A stretch of 63,580 nt of DNA, counting the filler, from Octopus bimaculoides (Eukaryota), in the NCBI RefSeq assembly GCF_001194135.2. It is 5 parts of 4 records of this genome, joined end to end, with 100 filler letters (N's around TTAATTAATTAA, not from the genome) between each part and the next. Parts side by side here need not be neighbours in the genome. Positions count along the whole stretch, not along the records: positions 37,803 to 55,961 come from NC_068991.1; 4 more parts are not named here. One strand, given 5' to 3'. Shown one piece after another: positions 40,260 to 52,608 of the stretch (within the stretch, counting starts at the first letter, position 1; each line of letters begins with the position of its first letter). The notes beneath the pieces are model-generated. The model did no database searches and had not been told where the DNA came from. It saw nothing but the letters and a program-made list of their open reading frames with translations. The position numbers were made by a program, and so were the translations under genes.

Positions 40260-42069
40260 GAAGAGAGAAAGAAAAATCGTTGAGAATAAAGTGTGTTGTG
40301 CACCAAGATAAAGTACGTGGAAAATCGCCAGGTTTCGATCTTGTATTCGGTGAGGTTAAAAACCGTGTTATCAAAGAACATGTCTTATCGCTTAAAAGTG
40401 TTTGTAGAAAGATACACTCACTTCGATGGTAAATCACAAATTTCTAGTTTAGTTTCTTTCTTCCTTTCTCTCTTTCTTACCTTCTTTTTGATTTTCTAAC
40501 ACTTTCTTTCGATTATGGACATAAGATCTGGAATCTTAGCGAGTGCTCAACTGGTGCTTATTTTATTGATCCCTAAAGGCGGTATTTGAACTCAGAATGT
40601 AAAACCGGAAGAAATGCCGCTAAGCATTTTGTCCGGTATTCTAACGATGCTGCCGAGCGGCTGTCTTATTCTTGCTTTTCTTCCTATGCCGTTATTCGAA
40701 TATTTATAAATATTCCAGTTTGAGCGATAGCCACCCGTCATGCAGCACCAACAACCCGCCTTTATTCGGTGCCTTTATTCGGGTGGAAGACCACCCATTC
40801 GTCACCAACATTTTAACAGCACTAGATGGTGGCATTAGATAAAGCCGCTGTTTTTTTTTCTTTTTGGTTTTTATTGATCTCTGGGAAGAACACAGTATTT
40901 CGTTTTGCAACCATAATCTATAACTAAATACATTATAGGCTTACAAATCAATACTGTATCTCATCTTGTGTTAGCAGTGCAATATTTTCACTTTCAAACT
41001 TATCTCTATAGATTTTCTATAGAACTGTGTTACACCGCTAAATCTAGTAAGTATTTAAGCAATGTATTCGTGGATAGTTGATGAGTGGGATCTAGTGCTG
41101 ATGAAAGCGCAATAACTCTTGAAATGTGTATATAAACCCATTACCTATTTTTCTATCTTCTATCGCATTGTTTACATAGACGTATTTGTTTACAAAACAC
41201 AGTATTGACTCGTAAGCCTGTAATATACTTGGCAGTATATAATGGTTGCAAAACGAATTACTGTGTCCTTGCCAGCAATAAATACGAAAGCAGTTAATCT
41301 CATGGATGCGAATATAACTTGCAATGAAACAATATTTTCTCACGAGTAAATTTCTGCGCACTTCCACACCAAAGCAATTAAAGGGAAGTGTTTTCGCGTC
41401 TCGCGATTAAAATCATGTTGTTATAATATGCTAATAGACAGGTTTCCATCCGGTCAGTGCTTGAGCTTTCCTTTCTTCATGACAACACCAGAACCATAGA
41501 TTTATTGTTTATTTGTGATACGCGCAAAGTGTTCTTGTATTTTTACTGCGCATATGTCCACTACCTGCTTTGTCATTCTCAGGATGTGTAGCCTTCACAT
41601 TCCGTTACTACTTGTCCTAATACTTCTCATCCTAATATTATATGCTTGTTGCAATGTTCGTTTTATTTACTGCATTAAAATTCGAGTGCAGCGAACAAAA
41701 CGAGCATTGTTAGCTGAAATTCATTTTGGTTGGTATTTATCAAGTGTGTCACGACTTGGACCAAAATTTTATTCCCCCGAACAGCTTGTTAGCTTTGCGT
41801 CAAACAAGCTTTATTTCACAACAGGGCTTGCTAATAGATTAAATATAAACATGAACAAATAAGATTAAAGATCTAACTGAAAGAATTTCGACCAAAAATG
41901 ATCTTAATTTTTGCTTTTTAAGTTGGCATCACTCAGTAGAGGCAGCAACTGTTTCAATAGTTATTCTCATATCGCTTTGGCAAATAGTTTTTACCACAAA
42001 TGCTAGTTGTAGCTTGAATCCAACGGAGCAGCTCGAAGAGATCAGACCAAAGATCATATATTCCTCCGA

Positions 42070-42190
42070 GGACGACTTTACCTTTCATCCTTTCGGGTTC
42101 GATAATTTAAGTACTAGTTGCGTACTGAGGTCGATCTAATCGACTGGCCCCCTCCCCTCAAATTTTGGGCTTTGTACCTAGAGTAGAAAA

Positions 42191-42195
<5 letters not shown>
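42070..42195 (+). mobile_element. Family A SINE 3' part with tail type 1
   Basis: ...GGTCGATCTAATCGACTGGCCCCCTCCCCTCAAATTTTGGGCTTTGTACCTAGAGTAGAAAAGAAT then (AT)n. Confidence 0.75.
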
Positions 42196-42274
<79 letters not shown>

Positions 42275-43379
42275 ATGAATGTATGTATATATATATATAT
42301 ATGTATGTATATGTATATATTTCTATTCTTTTAGTTGTTTCAGTCATTTTGCTGCGGCCATGCTGGAGCACCACTTTTAGTCAAAGAAATCGACCCCGGG
42401 ACTTATTCTTTGTAAGCCTAGTACCTATTCTATCGGGTTTTTTGTCGAACCGCTAAGTTACGGGGACGTAAACACACCAATTCGGTTGTCAAGCGATGGT
42501 GGTGGGGACAAACACAGACACACACACAAACACAGACACACACATACACACACACACACACATGCACACACACACACACACACACACGCACACACACACA
42601 TACACACACACACACATGCACACATACGGAGATGGTCGGATGAGATTTGAGAGAGATTTGGCAATCATTTCTAGGAAACCAACCAACAACGTACAGGATN
42701 NNNNNNNNNNNNNNNNNNNNNNNNNNNNNNNNNNNNNNNNNNNNNNNNNNNNNNNNNNNNNNNNNNNNNNNNNNNNNNNNNNNNNNNNNNNNNNNNNNNN
42801 NNNNNNNNNNNNNNNNNNNNNNNNNNNNNNNNNNNNNNNNNNNNNNNNNNNNNNNNNNNNNNNNNNNNNNNNNNNNNNNNNNNNNNNNNNNNNNNNNNNN
42901 NNNNNNNNNNNNNNNNNNNNNNNNNNNNNNNNNNNNNNNNNNNNNNNNNNNNNNNNNNNNNNNNNNNNNNNNNNNNNNNNNNNNNNNNNNNNNNNNNNNN
43001 NNNNNNNNNNNNNNNNNNNNNNNNNNNNNNNNNNNNNNNNNNNNNNNNNNNNNNNNNTCCTGTCCTGCCGCCCTTACTACCGCCGCCACCACCACCACCT
43101 CCACTGTATTTTCTTCTTGTTCCAAAAAGGAAGAAGTATCATTGTTTTGACGAGAAATGAAAGAAGGATTATAAAAATAAGGCCATTGACATTTTGTTTT
43201 GCAAAAAACATCCGGGTCTTACCGGGATGTCGATTGCTGATTTGATTAAACGTAGTTTTAAGCTTTCGGAAATGCAGTTTACTGCTCTATTTTATTGTTG
43301 ATGTCGCTGCTGTCGTCCTTGTTGTAGTAGATACATACTAGTCACTACAATGAGTGAGAAGAATCTCTGTAATATATCT

Positions 43380-43590
43380 TTTCTACTCTAGGCACAAGGC
43401 CCGAGATTTTTGGGGAGGGGGCCAGTCGATTAAATCGACCCTAGTACGCAACTAGTACTTAATTTATCGACTTCTAAAGGTTGAAAGGCAAAGTCGACCT
43501 CGGCGGAATTTGAACTCAGAACGTAAAGACAGACGAAATGCCGCTAAGCATTTCGCCCGGTGTACTAACTTTTCTGTCAGCTCGCTGGTG
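43380..43590 (-). mobile_element. Family A SINE, full length, tail type 1
   Basis: Full-length match to 45480-45690. Partial copies at 33378-33550, 40545-40665 and 46300-46385. Confidence 0.85.
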
Positions 43591-43944
43591 TTTAATTTCT
43601 CTGTCTCCGTACAATATTACTCAATCAAATATGGTATTGGTTGATATGATTTCGGAATTTACCGAAGTATCCGAAACGTGCACAAGCTAATTAAAGGGAT
43701 GCATAATTCTCCACTTTTTGTGTTTTTCCACTATACTCTGTCACCTTATATTAAATGTATTTGGTATTTGAAGTCCAGGTCTACAAATTAGACGGGTAAC
43801 GGAAAGTAACTTTATGGTCGATGTGGATTACCATAACTTTCACTGGACAATTTGGTTGGCCAAGTCTGATCCCTACGGACTTCTTATAAAATATTTACCT
43901 GGATTTTTAACCCCTTTCTTTCCTTTAGACACACGCACAGACAT

Positions 43945-43975
<31 letters not shown>

Positions 43976-44099
43976 TGCACGCAAATATATTTATATTTAT
44001 ATACGACGGGCTTCTTTCTGTTTCCGTCCCCTAAATCCACTCACAAGACGCAAGACGAAGGATTTGGTAAATAGAAACTGAAAGGAAGCTCGACACACG

Positions 44100-44135
<36 letters not shown>

Positions 44136-44832
44136 TTTATACATATGTGTGTGTTTTTATGTGTGTGTGTTTGTATGTATGTGTGTGTGTGTGTGTGTGT
44201 ATGTATGTGCCTGTGTGTGTGTGTTTTGCTCCATCACCAAAATAGGCTGAATGTTGTGTCAGCCGTGATGCCAAACCGCCCGCATCCAAAGCCCAAACAG
44301 CTGTCCCAAACCGTTTCCTCTCTGGTAGGCCGAGACGATATCTCTGTCAGCTCAGGAGTGCATCGGCACCTGAAACAACCAACAATACACAATAAACACT
44401 AACAAGCCATACTCATTCTCTCGCCAATGTTAACCAATTATACTTCACTGTCAAGAGGAGCAGAGGTCAACAAATGTTTAGATCTGAAGAGTTTGCTTTA
44501 CCATGAAGAGGAAGCCCAATTTCCTGGCTTTAGATAGGCTCTCACATACTATAAATGTATGTTTGAGGTCACCTCAACAGTGAGTGTTTCAATCATTTAA
44601 CTTTACTTACTATGTCGGATGTACTTCGAAATCCATTGATGACGATTTGTTGAGTCGGACCATATTGTATTTCATATTGCTGAGCCTCTATTCATCTTAG
44701 CCATCCCGGAAATAATCGCCAGCGATGGAGTTGTTATATTGAGGACATGTTTACCGACACAGATATTCGAATCAGCCGAAAAAGGAATTTCAGCAGAGGC
44801 TAAAATAGGGAAGCATTAAATTGTGTGAGTGG

Positions 44833-44885
<53 letters not shown>

Positions 44886-45244
44886 CATGTGTGTGATAGA
44901 CAGAATGTTTCTATGTATGTATATAGGCTTATATATACATATATGAGCGCGTGTGTTTGTGTGTGTGTGATAAAGAGAAATAGAGAGACTGTTTCCATGT
45001 ATGGATATGGGCGTATATATACATATACGTGCACATGTGTTTGTGTTTGTGTGTGTGTGTGTGTACGTATTTATATACATATACATAAGTACATATCTGT
45101 ATATAAGTGCGTATATATAAATATAAGCATATACGTAAATACACATACGCACGCGCGCGCGCGATATAATATGTTTATTTCGCTTTCAGGACACAAAATG
45201 TTGAAGACATAATGGCCAGAAGAAAAAAAAAGAAGAAAAAAATT

Positions 45245-45315
45245 CGCAGACGGAAATCGAACCGACAACCTTACGATCCTGAGCCGAATACCTTAACCAC
45301 TCATCCATACGCCTT
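45245..45315 (-). mobile_element. Isolated tRNA-like SINE head
   Basis: The minus strand reads GGCGTATGGATGAGTGGTTAAGG...GGTTCGATTTCC (A and B boxes). I could not fold a clean cloverleaf. Confidence 0.45.
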
Positions 45316-45479
45316 CACACCATATCAAGAAAAAAGAAAAGAAAGAACACCGTTTATAATGTAGTCCTGCATACACAAAAGCATGATCTGGTCACGGTTG
45401 GAACGCCCTTTGTCATAGCTCTGCTCGATTAGGGTGGACTTTGGTTGAAACAACAATAACAATACTCGCTCTATTCTTT

Positions 45480-45690
45480 TCTACACAAAGCACAAGGCCC
45501 TAAATTGGGGGGGGGGCAGTCGATTAGATCGACCCCAGTACGTAGCTGGTACTAACTTTATCGCCCCCTAAAAGGATGAAAGGCAAAGTCGATCTCGGCC
45601 GAATTTGAACTGAGAACGTAGCGACAGACGAAATACCGCTAAGCATTTCGCCCCGGGTACTAACGGTTCTGCCAGCTCTCACCACCTTAC
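45480..45690 (-). mobile_element. Family A SINE, full length, tail type 1
   Basis: Near-collinear with 43380-43590. Confidence 0.85.
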
Positions 45691-46408
45691 TCTAAAATCA
45701 GTATTACAATATCGATTATCTCTAATTTAGGAAGAAGGTCGGTGATTTTAAGGGCAAGGTGGTAAAACGATGAACCTTGGATTTTTGTTTTTGGCGCAAA
45801 TGTCGATGAGTTGGCTGAATGCTATTTTTCTGTTTTGGGGACTTTTGATCTGGGATCTGTGCAGAGCCATGCTTTGATGTAGACTGTTTTTTGGTTTTGG
45901 CCTATGTATTGCTCTTGACACCCAGAGCAGGTTAATATGTACATCAGGTTCTCCGAAGCACATGTGAAGCTGTTTTTCACTGTGAAACGTTGTCCATGTT
46001 TGAAGGAGAACTCCGATCCCTCAATTTAATTGACGCATATCCCACATGTCATAGGCTGTTAGACTTTTATCTATTTCATGCGACTGCGTTTTGATTTCAA
46101 ATCCGGCTTTGATTAATATTACCGGAGCCACAAAACTAAGTAGTAACCAAAGCTTTGAGTCGATTCAGATAATTAAAAGACGTTTATCGGGTTTTCTCAC
46201 GCTCAAGAATTCCATTCATTTTAGCGGTTTCCGTCTATGAGTTGTGGTCATACTGGGGCACCACCTTCAGTAATTTTTTAAGACCATATTTTTAGCTATC
46301 ACAGCGGTGAGCTGGCAGAAGCGTTAACAGGCTAGGTGAAATGCTTAGCGGTATCTCGTCTGTCTTTACGTTCTGAGTTCAAAGGTTGCCCGGCGAGGGG
46401 GGAGGGCG

Positions 46409-46476
46409 GCATGTGCTACAGGGCACCATGTACTATGGAGCACCATGTGTTACGGGGCGCCATGTGCTACGGGGCA
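46409..46476. repeat. 17-bp minisatellite (about 4 units, CCATGTGCTACGGGGCA consensus)
   Basis: Units visible at about 46409, 46426, 46443 and 46460. A CAGGGCCGGCTCT hAT-like terminus lies about 80 bp downstream. Confidence 0.75.
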
Positions 46477-47389
46477 TGACAGAGACAAGGAAGCTTTCAT
46501 GACCGTCAGCTCGTACACGCCAAAGTTCAGTTTGCCCAAGGCGCCAGCAACCCCAGGGCCGGCTCTAACCCTAATCAAAACCCTTATCATCGAACTATTT
46601 CGCTACTAGCTACAAATTTAGCTTTTCACATGGTAGTAGGCACTTCGACGCGCTTAAAGCTGTAACTGTTCGAGTGGCGTCACGAATTGCGTGCGTCCTG
46701 CGTGACCCCCATAGGCTGGTCGCATTATTGAGGTGTGTTTGCAGTAAGCTGGGGCTATGTTTAATGAAGGGTAAGATGAGTTGAGGAAGTCCGAATTGGC
46801 CATTGCACGGGGTGGTTGAAACCCACGCAAGGTCGCTGACAGGTTATGTTTATCTAGTTTCTATGAAATGTACATACATTCATGAGAACAAAAGTATATC
46901 AGATTAAATCCGATAAAACGAATTGTCACGAGAGTTGAATATCGATGTTGTTTTTATTGTTGTTGTTGTTGTTGTTGTTGCAGATGTATTTGTCAAAGGT
47001 AGGGCGTATTACTTGATAAAAGATTCCTTGTGTGTGTGATGACGTTTCTGTTTGCTTATATCGAGTTGGCATCTGGGTATGCATACGTGTACGACACAAC
47101 ACACACACAACTATATATATCTGTGTGTGTATGTGTGTGTGTGTTTGTGTGTGTGTGTATGTGTACAGGTGCACATATATATATACATGTAAGTATGCGG
47201 CGTTATAAGTATGCATATGTGCATACACACGCACGCACACACGCACGCGAGGGTTGTACAGGAATGCAAAAACTGGTACAATTTCTTTTATTATTAACTG
47301 ACACAGATCGCTAAAATTGCATATGTTGATAGAATACCTCCTTCTCTATTGAAACTCTTCGTCCCGTTCTTCATTACAGGAAAATAAGG

Positions 47390-48283
47390 GATTCCAAGCA
47401 GAAACAACACGCTGTCACTGAGGTTTTGATGGAGAAGGTTGCTGCAGGTTTTTTAGTGAGATGACATCATTTACAAGAACAATGTGAACCGATGGATGAA
47501 GTCTAAAGAAGGGGAAACCAGTATTGAAGACAAACGATGGTGACCATCAACTGCGACCCCTAAAACGAACCCTGAAAGTGAAAGAAGTGACTCGCACAAG
47601 ATAGAAGAGTCACGATCTATGAGCTTGCCACGTAACTGAATCGTGCTTACAATGCATTACGGAAGATGGTAGAATACTTTGGGTTTGGTAAACTGTGTAC
47701 AAAGGGACTACTCGAGTAGTTAATAACCGATTTGAAGAAAAGTGGGGATGTCTACTCTGATCTGCTGGAAGCGCGGAAACTACCGAAGACACCACGTTTC
47801 TTTTCCTTCTAGTCACAGCGGATGAACTGTGGCAGCATCTTTTTGATCCGGAAACGAAAGTTCATATATGGAAGAGCGTCTCACCTTTTCTCCAAGGCCT
47901 AAGAAGTTCAAGAACCAGCGATCGGCACAGAAAGACATAGAGATTGTTTTGGGGATGACAAGGATGCCATTCTTCTTGATTGGTCCCTAACCACCAAACA
48001 ACCAAGATCTGGTTCCTTTCAACTTCCACCTGTTTGGATCAATGGAGGAGAGATTTCGGGACATCGATTTGGTGGCACAGACAAAGTGGAGATTCTTACC
48101 CGGATTTTTGCAAAGAGAAGCCGAGAGTTGGGTTTAACGATGGCGTCAGTGCATCGTTTATGGCGTAAAAAGCTTTGTATAGAGAAAAGTTATTGTACTA
48201 ACATATGCATTTTAAGCGACCTATGTTTGTTAAAAAAACTTATGCCTATTTCTACTTTGCTTTTGGCATAACCTTCCTCCGTG
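47390..48283 (+). pseudogene. Decayed mariner transposon
   Basis: DSKQKQHAVTEVL, KEGETSIEDKR, VTADELWQHLFDPETK (first catalytic D region), KFKNQRSAQK; mariner-like terminus near 48283. Confidence 0.75.
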
Positions 48284-49040
48284 TGTGCGTGTGTGAGTGT
48301 GTGTGTGCGTGTGTGTGCATGCATGTATGTATGTATGTATGTGTGTGTGTATGTAAGCACGTACATGTATGTATGATTTATTATTTTTGAAGTCACGTAT
48401 GCGGCTCAAAGGCTCACAGTTTCGTGCCAGTGTACTTCAATCAATTATGCAGCTTCAAAGCCAATAGATCATAGGTACATACTCTGCGATGTGTATGGAG
48501 TTCTATTTCAGCCGTTTGTACAACACCCATTCGCCTCTGTAAGTGTGTGTGTGTGTGTATGCGCCCGCACGAGAGAGAGCTCGTGTACTGTGCATATTCA
48601 TTATTACTTTTTTTAATTACTTTTTTATACACACAAACAAAATAAAAATGTGACTCATTCACCAAAGGCAAAGAATCGAACTGAAAAGCACACATTTCTC
48701 ACTCTTTTAATGATAAGAATAACAATGAGCGAAAAGGCAGATATTATTCTGCCTTTATGCTACAATATTTCATGTATTTTGAAGCTTCACTCGCGGTCAT
48801 TCGTTAAACCAACAATACACATTTGTATATAAATTTAACTGGAGGAAAAGATGTAAATTGTGGCTTGCTAAGAATAAAATATAAACCATTTAATTAAAAA
48901 AAATATTTCTATAATTAATTGAAAATCATTTCTTTTTATATATTTAATTATTGATATACAAATGATTTTAGCCGGTGTATTCGCTATCTATATTTTGATT
49001 TACAAAGCAAATGTATGTTTGTATGTATGTATATATCGCG

Positions 49041-49415
49041 GCACTCCGTCGGTTACGACGACGAGGGTTCCAGTTGATCCGATCAACGGAACAGCCTGCT
49101 CATGAAATTAACGGGAAAGTGGCTGAGCACTCCACAGACACGTGTACCCTTAACGTAGTTCTCGGGGGAAATACAGCGTGACACAGAGTTTGAAATACAC
49201 AGAGTGTGAAATACAGGTACAACAGAAACAGGAAGTAAGAGTGAGAGAAAGTTGTGGTGAAAGAGTACAGCAGGGTTCGCCACCACTCCCTACCGGAGAC
49301 TCGTAGAGCTTTAGGTGTTTTCACTCAATAAACACTCACAACGCCCGGGTAATCGAAACAGCGATCCTACGACCGCGAGTCCGCTGCTCTAACCACTGGG
49401 CCATTGCGCCTCCAC
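49041..49415 (-). mobile_element. tRNA-derived SINE family C, about 380 bp
   Basis: Reverse complement of 58416-58800; head GTGGAGGCGCAATGGCCCAGTGGTTAG with B-box GGTTTCGATT. Confidence 0.88.
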
Positions 49416-50104
49416 ATGTGTTCGTCTCTGACCATCGCTTTACAGCCGGTGTCGTTTTGTTTATGTCCCTGTAACTTAGAGGTTCGGCAAAAGAGACCGA
49501 TAGGATAAGTAGTAAGCGTTGAATAAAAAAATGTACAGGGTTCAATTTATTTGACTAAAGTCCTTCAAGGAGGTGACCCAGCATGGCCGCAGTCTAACAG
49601 CTGAAACAAGTAAACGGTAAAAGATATAGAAACAAAAAATGCGCGTGTTTCACTGTTCGAACATTCGATCGGTTTCCTCGCCATTCATAAACACATAAAC
49701 ATCTGCATGGACACAAGTACAAACGCACACAAACACACACACACACATACAAACACACACACACACACACACACATACAAACAAGAACATACACATACAT
49801 AGAAGCACACACACACATACAAACAATAGCATACACATACATAGAAACACAAACGCACACACACACGAGAAAATACGCATACATACAAACACACACACAC
49901 ACACACACACACCTACACGGAAAACACATACACACAAGAACATACACATAAACACACACACATACACACGCATACACACCGATACGCATACACACGAAGT
50001 CATACACATACATACAAGCGCACACACACCTACCACTGATAACAAATACACATGGCTCTTCTCCCGCCTCGTTCTAATATATCGCGCTATCTCCCAAGAA
50101 GCTG

Positions 50105-50190
50105 CCACCAATCAAACCACACGTAACTTCAGTAAATATCCACCATTTTTGCCTTATATATCTCTTATCCGTACACTACAAGTCATATCG
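50105..50190 (+). promoter_or_regulatory. Putative NPC2 core promoter (CCAAT 50108-50112, TATA-like TATATATC about 50155-50162, Inr-like TCATAT about 50183-50188)
   Basis: Motifs lie in a short unique stretch just upstream of the ATG, with TATA-to-Inr spacing of about 30 bp. Motif matching only. Confidence 0.35.
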
Positions 50191-50240
50191 AAATTTTCAA
50201 CCAAAACCTCTCTGCAAGCCTTAGCTTGTCTCCTTCGACC

Positions 50241-50322
50241 ATGAATAACAGCCTCTACTTCACACCTCTTTTCTTCCTCGCATTCGCTTTCGTCGTTAGT
50301 GCTTCGCCATACCTAGCTTGCC
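50241..50322 (+). CDS. NPC2: NPC2/ML-domain protein, exon 1 (signal peptide: MNNSLYFTPLFFLAFAFVVSASPYLAC + 1 nt)
   Basis: ACC-ATG at 50241, hydrophobic signal-peptide-like N-terminus ending VSA-SP, first conserved Cys (C27), then a C|GTAAGT phase-1 donor at 50323. Coding length 82 nt. It splices in frame to exon 2. Confidence 0.88.
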
Positions 50323-50699
50323 GTAAGTTATTCAGGATTTTCTGTTTTCTTTCTTTTTTTTATTCTTTTATTTGTTTCAGTCATTTGACTGCGGTCATAC
50401 TGGAGCACCGCTTTTAGTCGAACAAATCAACCCCAGGACTTATTCTTTTGTAAACCTAGTTCTTTTGCCGAACCGCTAGATTACGGGAACGTAGACACGC
50501 CAACATCGGTTGTCAAGCGATGGTGGGGAACAAACACAGACACACAAACACACACACACAGACACACACACACAGACACACACACACACAGGTACACACA
50601 CACACACAAACACACATGCGTATAACACAAATATATATTATTTGCATACATACATAGACACACACATATACGTAAAATAAAGAAAGAGAAAGAGAGAGG

Positions 50700-50733
<34 letters not shown>

Positions 50734-51393
50734 GAGTGAGAGAGAGAGAGAGATGGAGTGTGTGTCCACAATGGGACTCTTAAGCGGTCGCTGGAACTCC
50801 TTGAAATAGAAGTATGATTTCTTCCAAAATAAATCCAGGAAAAGTGAAAAATACTTCCCAGGAAAAAAAAATCTGAATAAAACAGGGAAAAAGAAAGCTA
50901 AATGAAAGAAAATTCCCAGGAAACCATCATTCATTGACAAATTTACTGTTTTTGTTATATTTGTACAATATTGAACAAAACCTGATTGTTTCCGCTCCCG
51001 CCCCTACCCATCGTAAAAAATGATTTCCTTTCTACAGAAACATTACACACACACACATACACACACACATCATGTGTGTGTGTGTGTGTATGTGTTGACA
51101 GTTAATATGCGACCTAGTTTTTTATGCTTATTGCGCAGATGTGGCTCTGCTGTTTAGAAGTCCGCTTTGTATCCACATGACTTTGCGCAGACTCTTGGTC
51201 AAGTGTTTTATTTACTTACATTTAACGATAGCCCAGGGCTTACGAACTAACGTTTTGTGAGGGAATTTGGCACACGGAAACTGAAAACTTGTGCATGCTC
51301 GCGTGTGTGTTTGTGCGTGTGTGTATCAAAAAGGATGAAAGTTCCTTTCCAAGCCATATTTTCATTGGGCCAGTTTCTCTGGATCCTTTGGTG

Positions 51394-52335
51394 CAGTGGT
51401 TCTTAACCTTATTGGAGGTACTGAACCCTGCAAGCTTCATCAGTGCATTCACCGAAACCCTTCGTAATTGGAAAAATAAGATATATATATTTTATTAGTG
51501 CACAAAATGAACCATGCATCAGAATCATTGTGTTCTAAGAACAAAACCAAGAAAATATGAATTTAACACAAAAACATCACTCAATGAATATTTACTGCAA
51601 ATAAATGTGACTTTTGCTGTTGCCTTTTAGATACAAGTTCAGAAATGCGCGACTTTCCTTTGGCGAGAGTCACTCTCATATCGTTTTAGCAACAAAGTCA
51701 GTTCCTTTTCTTAGTTTTCATGTCTACCATCCTAGAAAAGGATTACTCGCAAAGATACGTTGTAAGAAATGGTGTGAGTATTTCAAGGGCTTTCTTAGCA
51801 ATATGAGGTTATGGTATGATTTGGTGACACCAAAACGTTGAGAATGTTGTTGTTCTGGAGAGTTGCCGTTGAAGCTGGCTCTGCTGAAGTTCAATGATTT
51901 CGTCGAGGTATCCACCGTTGACATCTGCTGTGGCAACACTAAACGTGAATCGCGGTCTCAGCCATGTTGGATATGATCGTCTGGTGGAGAAGTATCCGTC
52001 GAGAGACTTTGCATGGCAGTTGCTTCCTTCAGCTTCCTAGGTACAGAAATGTCTCCAATTCCAGACATGCCTTCGATCTTACTTACACAATCGTCCAGCA
52101 GGGGAAAGTTTGTGAAGCTATCATTCTCTGTTCGTCGTTTCCATAAAAGTAGCTTTTTTTTTAAACGCCTTCAGGTTTTCTTCTGCCGCGAGGATGTTGA
52201 CGCCACCAGCCTGCATCTGTAAACTGAGATGATTGAAAGCATCGGAAATATCGACCATGTACACCAAAATGAGAATGGACTCAGAATTTTTGGAACAATC
52301 TGAAGAAAGAGCAAGAATTCCTTAAATATGCATAT
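51394..52335 (-). mobile_element. hAT (Buster/Charlie group) transposon 3' part, in NPC2 intron 1
   Basis: TIR CAGTGGTTCTTAACC at 51394. The minus strand gives LVYMVDISDAFNHLSLQMQAGGVNILAAEENLKAFKK / KLLLWKRRTENDSFTNFPLLDDC and KALEILTPFLTTYLCE*SFSRMVDMKTKKRN*L..NDMRVTLAK (hAT dimerisation domain). Confidence 0.88.
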
Positions 52336-52500
52336 ATGCCTATAACCAATTTTTCTATCTAAGATCGCATTGTTTATATAAACGTATTCGTGTACGTAAC
52401 GTCGTAACTTTCATTGCTGACTCTAATTTCTATAAAAAAAAAATTGGTAGAAATAACTTTTAAAAGTGAAATATTATTGAATCTGCGTTTTCAATTTCAG

Positions 52501-52608
52501 AATCAGAGCTTGGCACCGTCAGCGATGTCCGCGTCTCCAATTGCGACAGTTCACCGTGTATTTTACCCAGGGGTGGACAAGTAACAATTGAAATCGACTT
52601 TACTCTCA
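52501..52608 (+). CDS. NPC2: NPC2/ML-domain protein, exon 2 (QSELGTVSDVRVSNCDSSPCILPRGGQVTIEIDFTL)
   Basis: TTTTCAATTTCAG acceptor ending at 52500 and A|GTAGGT donor at 52609; 108 nt, phase 1-1. Carries the NPC2 motif V-x-V-x-x-C-x4-C-x-L-x-RG-x4-I-x-I-x-F. Missed by the ORF track, which lists only the antisense ORF. Confidence 0.92.

Noticed and set aside
41420-41862. Hydrophobic ORF with IDRF and IPLLLVLILL motifs, suggesting a GPCR fragment or an alternative NPC2 signal exon
   Set aside because: There is an in-frame stop between the motifs, no other TM pattern and no suitable donor. The true exon 1 is at 50241.
44210-44370. GC-richer segment with a minus-strand TTGTTTCAG acceptor-like site
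   Set aside because: No frame gave a peptide I recognise and two frames contain early stops. Possibly a transposon relic; left unassigned.
46409-46476. Short repeat array considered as CRISPR-like
   Set aside because: The units are contiguous with no unique spacers, and the context is eukaryotic with no cas genes.
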